From: a virus
Taxonomy: Duplodnaviria > Heunggongvirae > Uroviricota > Caudoviricetes
Strand: one strand, 5' to 3'
Virus record (IMG/VR): IMGVR_UViG_3300045049_000270
DNA: 64,000 bases
Program-made: the position numbers and the translations under genes
Shown here: positions 48,869-57,765 of the stretch, piece by piece
How the letters are laid out: every line of letters begins with the position of its first letter
How positions within the stretch are numbered: the stretch's first letter is position 1
Notes under the pieces: model-generated
Told to the model about the DNA's origin: nothing
Database searches by the model: none
Seen by the model: only the letters and a program-made list of their open reading frames with translations

Positions 48869-49003
48869 ATGGCTATGCAAACACAGCAATCAGAACAATC
48901 CCATAACGAAGATAAAAATCAGCAAAAACAAAAACCTGGTCGAAGCGAACCAAGACGTGATCAAGGCCAACAAAGGCATCCTACCCAGCAACCACCAGAA
49001 TGA
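48869..49003 (+). CDS. 44-aa hydrophilic Q-rich peptide
   Basis: GGAG SD; MAMQTQQSEQSHNEDKNQQKQKPGRSEPRRDQGQQRHPTQQPPE*; below the ORF-track cutoff. Confidence 0.5.
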   Translation: MAMQTQQSEQSHNEDKNQQKQKPGRSEPRRDQGQQRHPTQQPPE

Positions 49004-49043
49004 AAGAATATGAGTTAAATGTCAAACTTCTCAAGGAGATGCT

Positions 49044-49502
49044 ATGTTGGCAGAACTTTTTTCGAAGTTCAATGGGTTGTACATGACTTTTGTAGAGGCC
49101 CAAGTTTCAACGGTTAAAACCGTATTCAATTCTTTCAATTTGTTCACATTGGGTGGTCTTTCACCATATAGCGAAACATTTGAACAATGTTGTAACATTT
49201 ACATGGACAATTGTAAGATGGTGGACAAGAGCTTGATGCATTTTTGGCCATCATTCAAACTAGTTGATACGACTGCTATCATGAAACAGGCCACAGAAAA
49301 TGCTGATCATGTCACAACGAAGGATGGCGGTCCTACTAGAAGTGGGTATGAAAACTTGCGTGATGTGGCAACGAATCAATCAAGGCATAGTATTCTAGAT
49401 GATGACCGACTATGGGAACCAAGTCAAGGTACGAATGCAAAGTCTGCGCATCGCTATGATGCGCAGCAACGTGAACGCATAAGACATCACGAAGTTCACT
49501 AA
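49044..49502 (+). CDS. Hypothetical protein
   Basis: AAGGAG SD. Confidence 0.65.
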   Translation: MLAELFSKFNGLYMTFVEAQVSTVKTVFNSFNLFTLGGLSPYSETFEQCCNIYMDNCKMVDKSLMHFWPSFKLVDTTAIMKQATENADHVTTKDGGPTRSGYENLRDVATNQSRHSILDDDRLWEPSQGTNAKSAHRYDAQQRERIRHHEVH

Positions 49503-49565
49503 TCACTTCATTTGTTGAAGAACTAATGAGCTGCTATAATGGCAGCTCATTCTTTTATTTTTATT

Positions 49566-49919
49566 ATGAGCAAAATCAAAGAACGCCTTTACAATCAAGT
49601 GTATGACGAGTTTGAACTGCAAGCCTTGAGAATTCTGATGACCATCAGAGACAGTGGTGTTGCGAATTTTGACATTGTGGACTCTGACTACTGGTTCAGA
49701 GAAGCGCATTATGCAGGACTACAAGCATCGATGATGCACCAAGTATCGCACTTGACCGGATTAGAGCCAACTTCGTTCACATTCGCAACAAGTGCTCAAG
49801 ACACTGCTGATGTTCTAGCGTATGAATATGTATGGATCCCTAAACGCCTACGTGATTGCACTGATGACTATATGCATGTGATCATGTGTCCAAACAATGT
49901 TATGATCTCCGTAGTGTGA
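49566..49919 (+). CDS. Hypothetical protein
   Basis: After TTGTTG-N17-TATAAT. Confidence 0.6.
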   Translation: MSKIKERLYNQVYDEFELQALRILMTIRDSGVANFDIVDSDYWFREAHYAGLQASMMHQVSHLTGLEPTSFTFATSAQDTADVLAYEYVWIPKRLRDCTDDYMHVIMCPNNVMISVV

Positions 49920-49982
49920 GTGTTGACTGCTGAATCAAGTGAATGTATCATTTGATTTACGGTAAACAACACAGGAGAGTAA

Positions 49983-50393
49983 ATGATGGACAAGATCATC
50001 TCTTTCGACAAACCGACTGTTCGTCAACTGCGCGACGCTATGAATGAAGAGCTGCAAACTCTCGGCAAGAAATACGGCGTGACGTTCCGTCTCGGCAGCG
50101 CGACATTCTACGAGAAGTCAGTCAACTTCAAGCTGGAGGCGGTTGTCGAAGGTGAAGATAATACGCGCGTTACAAAGGCCAAGAATGCACTCGAAATCTA
50201 CGCGAAAGCATACTTGCCAGGCGTTGATCTCGAGAAGACCTACAATCACCCGAACCCGGAGATCAAAACGTTCACGATTGTTGGTTGGAACACCAAGGCT
50301 CGCGAATATCCGGTGATAATCCAAGCCGCAGATGGCAAGCGTTACAAGAACTCGATCGAAGCAATTCAGCGTTTGATTCGCAAAAGCGCGTAA
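49983..50393 (+). CDS. Hypothetical protein
   Basis: TTGACT-N17-TATCAT promoter and AGGAG SD. Confidence 0.75.
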   Translation: MMDKIISFDKPTVRQLRDAMNEELQTLGKKYGVTFRLGSATFYEKSVNFKLEAVVEGEDNTRVTKAKNALEIYAKAYLPGVDLEKTYNHPNPEIKTFTIVGWNTKAREYPVIIQAADGKRYKNSIEAIQRLIRKSA

Positions 50394-50435
50394 TTCGACA
50401 GTATGTAGCCATGTTGTTTGAATAAATATTTGCAT

Positions 50436-50484
50436 AGTGAAAGTGTTGATGCTAAAGTGTGATCTCTAGTGAAACACTTTCACT
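50436..50484 (+). promoter_or_regulatory. 12-bp perfect inverted repeat in the pth2 leader
   Basis: AGTGAAAGTGTT (50436-50447) / AACACTTTCACT (50473-50484). Confidence 0.6.
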
Positions 50485-50515
50485 TGTTACTTAAACTTCT
50501 CATAGGAGAAAACAA

Positions 50516-50956
50516 ATGAAACATCTCGATCATAGGTGAGTGCAAGAGTTCCTTCAGAATTCCGCAACGGAAGCTGAAGAGGACCCATACCGTCTGTACG
50601 CCATTACGCGTGGCGATCTCGAAATGTCCACTGGCAAGCTCGCAGCACAGGCTGGACACGCGTATCTCAATGCTTATCTTAAAGCTCTTAACGAGCGTCC
50701 TGAAATCGCTGAATTTTACCAGCGAGATGGCATCGGCACGAAGATCTGCCTAAAGGCCAAGAATCAAGATGCACTGCTCAAAGCTTACGAAGCTGCTAAA
50801 GAAGCTGGTCTTCCGTGTGAATTGATCATCGATCAACATCACATCATTCCCGGCACTGATTTCACTGGTGAACCCATCATTACAGCGTTGGGTATTGGTC
50901 CTGCTCGAAAGCATGAAATTCACCATATCACGAAGAGATTCTCGCTATGTCAATAA
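50516..50956 (+). CDS. pth2: Peptidyl-tRNA hydrolase Pth2 family with in-frame UGA at codon 8 (50537-50539)
   Basis: RGDLEMSTGKLAAQAGHA, KICLK, TALGIGP. AGGAG-N7-ATG AAA CAT CTC GAT CAT AGG TGA GTG CAA is in frame with the hydrolase. Confidence 0.85.
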
Positions 50957-51243
50957 AACAATATCCCTATTGGCTGATAGCGGCGGACTACAGCGATAAC
51001 GAGGATTTCTTCCGCGCCAGAGACCGCCAACAAGCTCGTGCGATCTATCTTGGTGTTTATGACATGGAATGGAATCATGGTCAAACCAAACCAGCCGATT
51101 GGAATGGCTATAATTCGGAAAATCCAAGCCCAGGTCATGGTATCAATCAACATTTTTGGCGATTGTACGATGAAAACGATGCAATGACATTTTATCTGGC
51201 TTGCGGTAGCTCAATCAGAAAAATTGAAGGACCTAAAACATGA
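50947..51243 (+). CDS. Hypothetical protein, divergent FKLxW family
   Basis: HFWRLYDENDAMTFYLACG. Confidence 0.65.
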   Translation: MSIKQYPYWLIAADYSDNEDFFRARDRQQARAIYLGVYDMEWNHGQTKPADWNGYNSENPSPGHGINQHFWRLYDENDAMTFYLACGSSIRKIEGPKT

Positions 51244-51512
51244 ACATTTATGAAATTAGGACTCCTTTTGGTGCTGATGGCGAAAGCTTCCACAAAGCAA
51301 TGTCTCGTATCAAACGTGAATCGATAATGCAATTATTGATTCGGCCGAAATGGTTAAGAGGACGCGACAAGAAGTCAGGTCGATTCCACTACTGGGAAGT
51401 AGAGGATAGAAATGAAGCTATGGCATTCTTGTTTGCATTTGGTGATCAAATTACAGAAAAAGAAAGAGAAAATCATGTTGAAAGCATTGAAAAAGTTGTT
51501 CGAGAAGAATGA
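51240..51512 (+). CDS. Hypothetical protein, divergent FKLxW family
   Basis: HYWEVEDRNEAMAFLFAFG. Confidence 0.65.
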   Translation: MNIYEIRTPFGADGESFHKAMSRIKRESIMQLLIRPKWLRGRDKKSGRFHYWEVEDRNEAMAFLFAFGDQITEKERENHVESIEKVVREE

Positions 51513-51816
51513 GGAAGTAGAAGTGAAAACCGAGAACGACGAATTGGACTTTGATGATTTTGTCGGTGAAGACGAATGGGAAGACTATGTCGCACTCAAT
51601 GACATATTGAAGAAGTATCCGCCAGATTGGTATTTGGTGAAATGTTATGATTTCACATATGGTACAATGGCTGATATGAAACAATGGTGTATTGATAACT
51701 GTAATGGAAAATACGATCACGTGGGTTGGGATAGTGGTTGTTCTTATACAGTTGGTGTGATATTCGAATCACACATCGACGCAGTTCTCTTTAAACTTAC
51801 TTGGAGCGGGGTATAA
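51475..51816 (+). CDS. Hypothetical protein, FKLxW family
   Basis: KQWCIDNC...FESHIDAVLFKLTWS. Confidence 0.7.
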   Translation: MLKALKKLFEKNEEVEVKTENDELDFDDFVGEDEWEDYVALNDILKKYPPDWYLVKCYDFTYGTMADMKQWCIDNCNGKYDHVGWDSGCSYTVGVIFESHIDAVLFKLTWSGV

Positions 51817-51817
51817 C

Positions 51818-52441
51818 ATGAGCATTTACGGATTGAAACCACATTTCACGACATACGAAGGTTACAAAGAATGGCGCAAACAATGGGCGAGCATCTATAA
51901 AGAAATCACCAAGCGCATTCAATATCAAAAGAAGGAGGTCAGTCTTTATCAAAAGAAGTCTGATACTCATGAGCAAGAATGGTTGGAAACAAAGAAAGCA
52001 GATCCGAAAGCTGTTTATAAGCCCAATCAATACTTTGCTAGGTATGAGAAAGAACGTGATAAGCTTAAAGGTATGTCGGTGGCTGCTCGTAAGCTCTGCA
52101 CCGTGCTTGATGAAGCAAAGATTCGCATGGGCAACATCACGACCATGCGTAAGGCTATGAACGAACATCTGGCATCGTTTCCAATCACAATTGAATACTG
52201 TGATCGAGTGGACTTTCATTTCAACAAGAAGCATTTGGAATTCCCCTGGATTCCCATGTGGGCGTTAAAAACGAAGGGGAAGACGTTTTACGTTAATCAT
52301 GTCAATGCACTGTGCCCGTGGTCTACGCGAGCGACGCCTGACAACGAGAGTACCAAGGGGTCGATTCGATTCAGAGATTGCTCTCTTCATATTGATGCTG
52401 ACGGTATTGCGACGCTTGGTACGGTTATGGTCGAAGCATAA
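51818..52441 (+). CDS. Hypothetical protein
   Basis: Long basic ORF, FHFNKK..W. Confidence 0.7.
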   Translation: MSIYGLKPHFTTYEGYKEWRKQWASIYKEITKRIQYQKKEVSLYQKKSDTHEQEWLETKKADPKAVYKPNQYFARYEKERDKLKGMSVAARKLCTVLDEAKIRMGNITTMRKAMNEHLASFPITIEYCDRVDFHFNKKHLEFPWIPMWALKTKGKTFYVNHVNALCPWSTRATPDNESTKGSIRFRDCSLHIDADGIATLGTVMVEA

Positions 52442-52519
52442 TTTGACTGATAATAACAATGTTCGTTAACATGAATATGAATCACACTAGTTTGGTTCAT
52501 AGTCTATAGGAGATTTCTT

Positions 52520-52735
52520 ATGAAATCGTTCATACCTAATTTGGCGGCACATTTGGAGACTATCCTTATGGCCAAAAAGATGACACCGCAAACGTATGCG
52601 AACCTGGGGGTCGTATATACAAATCGTCCAATTACGTATAGGAAGATTGTATCACTGATTCTTAGTCAATACCCTTATGTCAAGCTTGATATCGGCCGTC
52701 AGCGCCGAATCATTAAGCATGTACAGAAAGCGTAA
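52520..52735 (+). CDS. Small basic hypothetical protein
   Basis: AGGAG SD, followed by a terminator. Confidence 0.55.
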   Translation: MKSFIPNLAAHLETILMAKKMTPQTYANLGVVYTNRPITYRKIVSLILSQYPYVKLDIGRQRRIIKHVQKA

Positions 52736-52751
52736 GTCACGTTTGAAAAAT

Positions 52752-52780
52752 AAAGATGGCACCACTTTGGTGCCATCTTT
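52752..52780 (+). terminator. Intrinsic terminator
   Basis: AAAGATGGCACC...GGTGCCATCTTT. Confidence 0.7.
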
Positions 52781-52844
52781 GCTTGTGGTTTCAGTTGCCA
52801 TATGTATCATAGAGGTCACAGAAGAATATCAATAAAAGCGCCTC

Positions 52845-53075
52845 ATGAAGACAATTGTACATGTCAATTAACACGTTATCAAAGCGAATGCAAAGACTGG
52901 TGAGCGTGATCCCGTTCTTACAGTGAAGACTTACAAGTCTAACACCTACGCGCATGCGGTTGATATCAAGGATCCATGCCGCGTAGTTTACTCACCAGAC
53001 AAGCCTCTGTCTTGTGGTACCAAAGTTTGGATTGAGACAGAAAGTGAAGTAATTCCAATTTACGATAAACAATGA
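52845..53075 (+). pseudogene. Small phage protein interrupted by TAA at codon 9
   Basis: MKTIVHVN*HVIKANAKTGERDPVLTVKTYKSNTYA...YSPDKPLSCGTKVWIETE; ends ATGA-coupled to the next gene. Confidence 0.75.
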
Positions 53076-53635
53076 AAGTAAAAATCGGACCATATTTGAA
53101 TTGGTGGGGACCTTATCAAATCGCTGAACTTTTGAAGTACGTTGGTTTTAAAGAAAAGACGTACGAAAAGATTGGTGAAAAACTCGCTGCAACGAAGTTT
53201 GCAGACATCTGTCAATGGATTCACGACAAGCGTAAGCGTAAAGTTGAGATCAAGATTGAACGATATGATGTATGGAACATGGATAGCACACTTGCTCTTC
53301 TTGTTCTTCCCATGCTGAAACAACTTAAAGAACAGAAGCATGGTGCCCCTGCATCTATGGCTGGGTTTGCTCAATTGTCGCAAAACAGCTATCCGCAGAT
53401 GTGCTTTGCCTTCTATGAAGAAGGTGATGAAGCTGCTGACCAAGCTGGGTTTGCTGAATGGGATGAGATCATGAATAAAATGATCTGGTCATTCGAACAA
53501 CTGCTTGACGAAGACTCCGATTCTAAGTTTTTTGAAAACGATACCTATGATCAGAAGGGATATGAAGCATATGCTGCTCGCATGCAAGAAGGCTTCGAAC
53601 TCTTCGGCAAATATTATCAATCACTTTGGGATTAA
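53072..53635 (+). CDS. Hypothetical protein
   Basis: YDVWNMDSTLA...KHGAP...WDEIMNKMIWSF...GFELFGKYYQSLWD. Confidence 0.8.
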   Translation: MKVKIGPYLNWWGPYQIAELLKYVGFKEKTYEKIGEKLAATKFADICQWIHDKRKRKVEIKIERYDVWNMDSTLALLVLPMLKQLKEQKHGAPASMAGFAQLSQNSYPQMCFAFYEEGDEAADQAGFAEWDEIMNKMIWSFEQLLDEDSDSKFFENDTYDQKGYEAYAARMQEGFELFGKYYQSLWD

Positions 53636-53636
53636 A

Positions 53637-53861
53637 ATGAAAAATCCATTTAGAAAGCCTGAGATCAAATACATCAAGCAAGATGGTTATCCTGATTATC
53701 CTTATGTTGACGATGATTATACCGTATTCAACATCTTGTTTCGTAGCAAGCAGTTAGATGAACTTATCCGCAAATGTGCAGCAGAAATTCATGCAGCTAA
53801 GGAAAAGATGCTTCAAGACAAGATCCGCGCAATCATCCGCAATGAACTAGCAAAACAATAA
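53637..53861 (+). CDS. Hypothetical protein
   Basis: Operonic ORF. Confidence 0.6.
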   Translation: MKNPFRKPEIKYIKQDGYPDYPYVDDDYTVFNILFRSKQLDELIRKCAAEIHAAKEKMLQDKIRAIIRNELAKQ

Positions 53862-53867
53862 CAGGTA

Positions 53868-54164
53868 ATGAGCAATAAAATGAACGCAATTGAACAAGCA
53901 ATCCAAGAAGGCAAACAACTCCGCATCAAATATAATGGTGCGGTTCGTATTATCAATCCGCATCTATACGGTACTAATCGTCTCAACGAAGAACGCCTAC
54001 GTGCCACTCAGATCGAATCAAATGGCGTTGCACATACCGCTGATTGGAAACTCTTTGATGTCAAGAAGATTGAGGCGGTCGAAATGCTTGAAACTTCGGT
54101 TGCCGTCGATCCAGCGTATAAGAATACTGATTCGGTGATCGTTAACATTATCACAAAGCTGTAA
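53868..54164 (+). CDS. Stand-alone WYL-like domain protein
   Basis: I..AI..GKQLRIKY...R.INPH..G....L.A.Q....WKLFDVKKI. Confidence 0.7.
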   Translation: MSNKMNAIEQAIQEGKQLRIKYNGAVRIINPHLYGTNRLNEERLRATQIESNGVAHTADWKLFDVKKIEAVEMLETSVAVDPAYKNTDSVIVNIITKL

Positions 54165-54267
54165 TGCCAATTTGCATATGGATAATGCTGACATTGACAT
54201 TGTTGATGACAGCATTAGTCGTAGGTTTAGCGCTCTACGTTCTACCACCAATAATAAAAAATCTATA

Positions 54268-54639
54268 ATGAAGCCGTACCTTCACGCAAAGATCTCAGCT
54301 AAGAAGTTTGGTGGTGTACCTGAAGATTACATGGACATTCACCAGTTCATAGATTCAAGCAAAGCGTGCATGCCAGATATTCGCCACCGTGCAATACTCC
54401 ATAGTGCATTTGGTTGCTTCTTGGTTGAGCAGATGTACGGCATCGTTCGCAATAACTCTGAAGGCAAGGAATATAGTCCTCGAGATGTGGCTGAAGAACA
54501 CATCAAAGAAGACTTGGGATTTATTCCCACAGTTGAACAGTACCTGAATAATATGACAATACAACCATGGATGTCAGGTACTGAAAAGGCAAACCCATCT
54601 ACAAATAAGAAATTTATCCCATTTGGTGCGGAAGACTAA
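54268..54639 (+). CDS. DUF6915-like His-rich protein
   Basis: PYLHAKISAKKFGG..EDY..IH.FIDSSK...DIRHRAILH...AEEHIKEDLGFIP. Confidence 0.7.
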   Translation: MKPYLHAKISAKKFGGVPEDYMDIHQFIDSSKACMPDIRHRAILHSAFGCFLVEQMYGIVRNNSEGKEYSPRDVAEEHIKEDLGFIPTVEQYLNNMTIQPWMSGTEKANPSTNKKFIPFGAED

Positions 54640-54640
54640 A

Positions 54641-55093
54641 ATGACAACACAAATTCAAAGATCATCATTCGCCGACACAGTAAAGCGTCTGGAGCGGACA
54701 ATGGAGGAAGCACGTAATCAAGCAAAGATGGCTTTCCTTCAAGAATTGAAGGCTATTTTTGATCGGAATCCTGAACTTAAAGTGATCAAGTGGGTTCAGT
54801 ACACTCCGTACTTCAATGACGGTGATACATGTGAATTCACAGTTCATGACATCGTTGCTGCCAACTATGAAGAAGTCGACGCGTGGGGCGAATGGGAAGG
54901 TGAGGACGACCAACCTCATGATTTTACCCTCTTTACCGGCTATCGTTCACGACGCTTGCCTGACCTAATCGATCTCGAAAGTTTCATGGAGTCATCGATT
55001 GGATATGATGTGCTTCAATTCGCATTTGGTGACCATGTACAAGTAACTGTCACAGTTAATGGTGTGACAGTCGACGATTACGATCATGAGTGA
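54641..55093 (+). CDS. Hypothetical protein
   Basis: WVQYTPYFNDGD.CEF...FGDH..V. Confidence 0.75.
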   Translation: MTTQIQRSSFADTVKRLERTMEEARNQAKMAFLQELKAIFDRNPELKVIKWVQYTPYFNDGDTCEFTVHDIVAANYEEVDAWGEWEGEDDQPHDFTLFTGYRSRRLPDLIDLESFMESSIGYDVLQFAFGDHVQVTVTVNGVTVDDYDHE

Positions 55094-55155
55094 AATCACA
55101 AAGCTGTTGACTATTTGCCATGTGGCAGTAGAATACAAACTATAGCAAGACGTAA

Positions 55156-55231
55156 CGCCTCTTAGCTCAATTGGCAGAGCAGAAGTCTTCAAAACTTAAG
55201 GTTAGGGGTTCGATTCCCCTAGAGGCGACCA
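55156..55231 (+). tRNA. tRNA with anticodon UCA (opal suppressor type; Trp-like anticodon loop, non-Sec)
   Basis: 76-nt cloverleaf: acceptor CGCCTCT/AGAGGCG, D-arm GCTC/GAGC, loop CT-TCA-AA (anticodon 55189-55191), short variable loop, T-arm AGGGG-TTCGATT-CCCCT, encoded A-CCA. Confidence 0.92.
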
Positions 55232-55249
55232 AATAACAATAAAATTCTC

Positions 55250-55852
55250 ATGCCAGCATTCAACTTTTGTCACTACTGCGGCACGCAGTACTCTCAAGTC
55301 TCAACATTCCCTCGAATCTGCTCTAACGATGCTTGCAAACGTGAAGTTTGGGATTCACCCAATGTAGTTGGTGTTGGTATTGTACCAATGGGTGATGGCT
55401 TGCTTGGTGGTGTTCGTGGTATTCAAGGCTACGGTTACGGCAAGAAAGCACTGATGGGTGGTTTTTCGGAGAAGGGTGAGAGCATTGAAGAAACATGTGC
55501 TCGTGAAATTCTTGAAGAATCTGGTATCAAGCTTGATCCCAACAAATTTTACCAGTTTTATTCTGCACCAACTCCTGGTGGACAAATCTTGTCTTTCTGC
55601 ATTTACGATGGTTCAGTAGATGAATCGTTGTTGGCAACTGCGGTACCTTGTACAGAAACTTTAGAAGTTTTAAAGCTCAGCTTTGACGACGAACTAGCTT
55701 TTCCGTTGCATGAAGAGGCAGTGAAACGATATCAAACATACATGGCTCAGCAGTCAATTCCTTTTCCGGCGAACTTGTTTACGCAAATTCAAGACTTGAT
55801 TAATGGCGTTGATGTAGATCTTGATTCACTATCATCAAACAAAGACGAATAA
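55250..55852 (+). CDS. NUDIX hydrolase with N-terminal zinc ribbon
   Basis: FCHYCG...C...C; GGFSEKGESIEETCAREILEESG. Confidence 0.9.
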   Translation: MPAFNFCHYCGTQYSQVSTFPRICSNDACKREVWDSPNVVGVGIVPMGDGLLGGVRGIQGYGYGKKALMGGFSEKGESIEETCAREILEESGIKLDPNKFYQFYSAPTPGGQILSFCIYDGSVDESLLATAVPCTETLEVLKLSFDDELAFPLHEEAVKRYQTYMAQQSIPFPANLFTQIQDLINGVDVDLDSLSSNKDE

Positions 55853-55870
55853 TTTGATTAATCTACTGAG

Positions 55871-55898
55871 AAAAAGCCCCAGATGGGGCTTTTTCTTT
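55871..55898 (+). terminator. Intrinsic terminator
   Basis: AAAAAGCCCCA-GA-TGGGGCTTTTTCTTT. Confidence 0.8.
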
Positions 55899-55956
55899 GC
55901 TTGATTGTTTCATCAAATGAGCAAATAATGGCAACATTGAAAGACAGGAGAGCGGA

Positions 55957-56607
55957 ATGAGCATAAAGAACATGACGATCGAAGAATTGACCGCGTTATG
56001 CGCGAAAATACGCGTTCAGCTTGATCCATTGGTCGCACAACGTGATGATCTCGACAAACAGATCATTGCGCTCAACAAGCGTCGTAAAGAGGCTGAAGAA
56101 CGCATTGATGCATTGCGGTACGAAGCGATGCAAACTTCTGGTGAAATCAACTGGTCGGTATTGATTGATGCTGGCCCTAGTGGGGACCGTTACTATAAGG
56201 AATCCAAAACTGAAATAGCCAAATTGGCGCCCAGTGGCGGCATCGAATTTTCAGGATATTTCCCAGAAACGCAACAGCATGCTCTGCGTGTAAAATTCAA
56301 ACGAGGTGATAAACAACAGATTGAAGAAGTGGCTACGGTTTTGGAATTATTGATTCCATTGTATAAACCGTTGCCAGACTTCGAAGACTGGGTTATCTTC
56401 GACATCTTCGAAGAATCGTTGAGCGAATTCGGATCGTACAAATTCGCGTACAACTTTGAAACGAAGAAATGGTATTTCGGACCGTGGCGAAGTCACAGTC
56501 GTCACAAGAAGGGTGATATGTTCACAGCAACTTGGCAGTTCGGGCCATACGACACGGCTGAAGAATTGGCGACGCAGATTTCCAACAACATATGGTATGA
56601 AATATAA
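55957..56607 (+). CDS. Hypothetical protein with N-terminal coiled coil
   Basis: AGGAG SD; long ORF. Confidence 0.75.
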   Translation: MSIKNMTIEELTALCAKIRVQLDPLVAQRDDLDKQIIALNKRRKEAEERIDALRYEAMQTSGEINWSVLIDAGPSGDRYYKESKTEIAKLAPSGGIEFSGYFPETQQHALRVKFKRGDKQQIEEVATVLELLIPLYKPLPDFEDWVIFDIFEESLSEFGSYKFAYNFETKKWYFGPWRSHSRHKKGDMFTATWQFGPYDTAEELATQISNNIWYEI

Positions 56608-56608
56608 C

Positions 56609-56725
56609 ATGAACAACGAAGATGAAAATGAAATGAATAAAGGTGATCCACCATTCATGACACAAAGTGAGATAGCTGGTACATTAATCATTATTGTTCT
56701 TATTGCTTGGATGCTTTTCCATTGA
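56609..56725 (+). CDS. 38-aa membrane peptide
   Basis: Acidic N-terminus plus hydrophobic C-terminal helix, directly after the previous stop. Confidence 0.4.
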   Translation: MNNEDENEMNKGDPPFMTQSEIAGTLIIIVLIAWMLFH

Positions 56726-56789
56726 TATTCGGGTATTAAAGAGCTGCTGCTATAAAATGGCGGCAGTTCTTTTCATTGGAATTACCAAA

Positions 56790-57125
56790 ATGCACGACGA
56801 ATATAAAAAAGAAATCCTCGACCATCTAGATGCAATGTTGTCACAAGGTGTGATGCAGAGCGTTAATTACACTGTGATGTTGATGGTACGTGATGCCTTG
56901 ATTGCCAAAGGCTTTGATTCAAAAATTGCCGAACATGTGGTTACGAAGGCGCAAATTGTCGTTCATGATGACATTTATGCTGATCGGCAATTTATGGCTA
57001 TTGCTATAGACAAATACACAGATGTCGTTCTTGAAATGTACAAATTTGCCAAATCGAAACTAATGCACGAAGAATTCTTCGAACACTTGGTGGAAGGTCT
57101 CAATTTGGTACTTGTACCAAATTAA
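56790..57125 (+). CDS. Hypothetical protein
   Basis: ORF fills the gap. Confidence 0.6.
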   Translation: MHDEYKKEILDHLDAMLSQGVMQSVNYTVMLMVRDALIAKGFDSKIAEHVVTKAQIVVHDDIYADRQFMAIAIDKYTDVVLEMYKFAKSKLMHEEFFEHLVEGLNLVLVPN

Positions 57126-57168
57126 TGCTTGCGTTAGAATTACCAAATTAAAATAATAAGAATACATC

Positions 57169-57765
57169 ATGTCAAGCATCGTTCAAACACTCAGAAAGAA
57201 AGATCTAATCAGCGACGCCCCACAGTTCGTTGTAAGTAATATTTGTTATGAGACTATAATGGGCTCTGAGTCCTATGCAGTCAGTAATGATGACAGTGAT
57301 CGCGACGTATATGGTTTCTGCTTGCCACCAAAGACAATGATTTTCCCGCATTTGTCAGGACATGTTCTTGGCTTTGGTACCAAACCACCTTCATTCGAAC
57401 AATATCAGCAGCATCATATTATCGACAAGGAAACTCGCAAGGAATATGATATCACGATTTACAATATCGTGAAGTATTTCCAGTTGCTGATGGAAAATAA
57501 TCCGAACATGATCGATAGTATTTTCACACCGCGTCGTTGTGTTCTGCATTCCACCAAGATTGCAGAAATGGTACGTGATGCTCGAAAAGAATTCCTTCAT
57601 AAGGGTTGCTGGCACAAGTTTAAGGGATATTCATTTGCTCAAATGAGCAAGATCAAGAACTCGTCGAACCCATTAACTGAATTTATGCGAGAAAAACGCG
57701 TACCAGCTAATGTAACTATGGATGATATTGAAAAAGAGTTAGCTAAACGATCTTTGGTTGTTTAG
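57169..57765 (+). CDS. Predicted nucleotidyltransferase (YcgL/RlaP-like), N-terminal half of a split gene
   Basis: GSESY...SDRDVYG, NNPNMID, KFKGYSFAQ. Confidence 0.8.
   Translation: MSSIVQTLRKKDLISDAPQFVVSNICYETIMGSESYAVSNDDSDRDVYGFCLPPKTMIFPHLSGHVLGFGTKPPSFEQYQQHHIIDKETRKEYDITIYNIVKYFQLLMENNPNMIDSIFTPRRCVLHSTKIAEMVRDARKEFLHKGCWHKFKGYSFAQMSKIKNSSNPLTEFMREKRVPANVTMDDIEKELAKRSLVV

Noticed and set aside
55156-55231. Selenocysteine tRNA
   Set aside because: It is 76 nt with a 7-bp acceptor stem and short variable loop, and no sel genes are in the window.
56738-56772. Hairpin-enclosed promoter around TAAAAT
   Set aside because: No properly spaced -35 is present. The G.U-rich stem with a U tail fits a terminator better.
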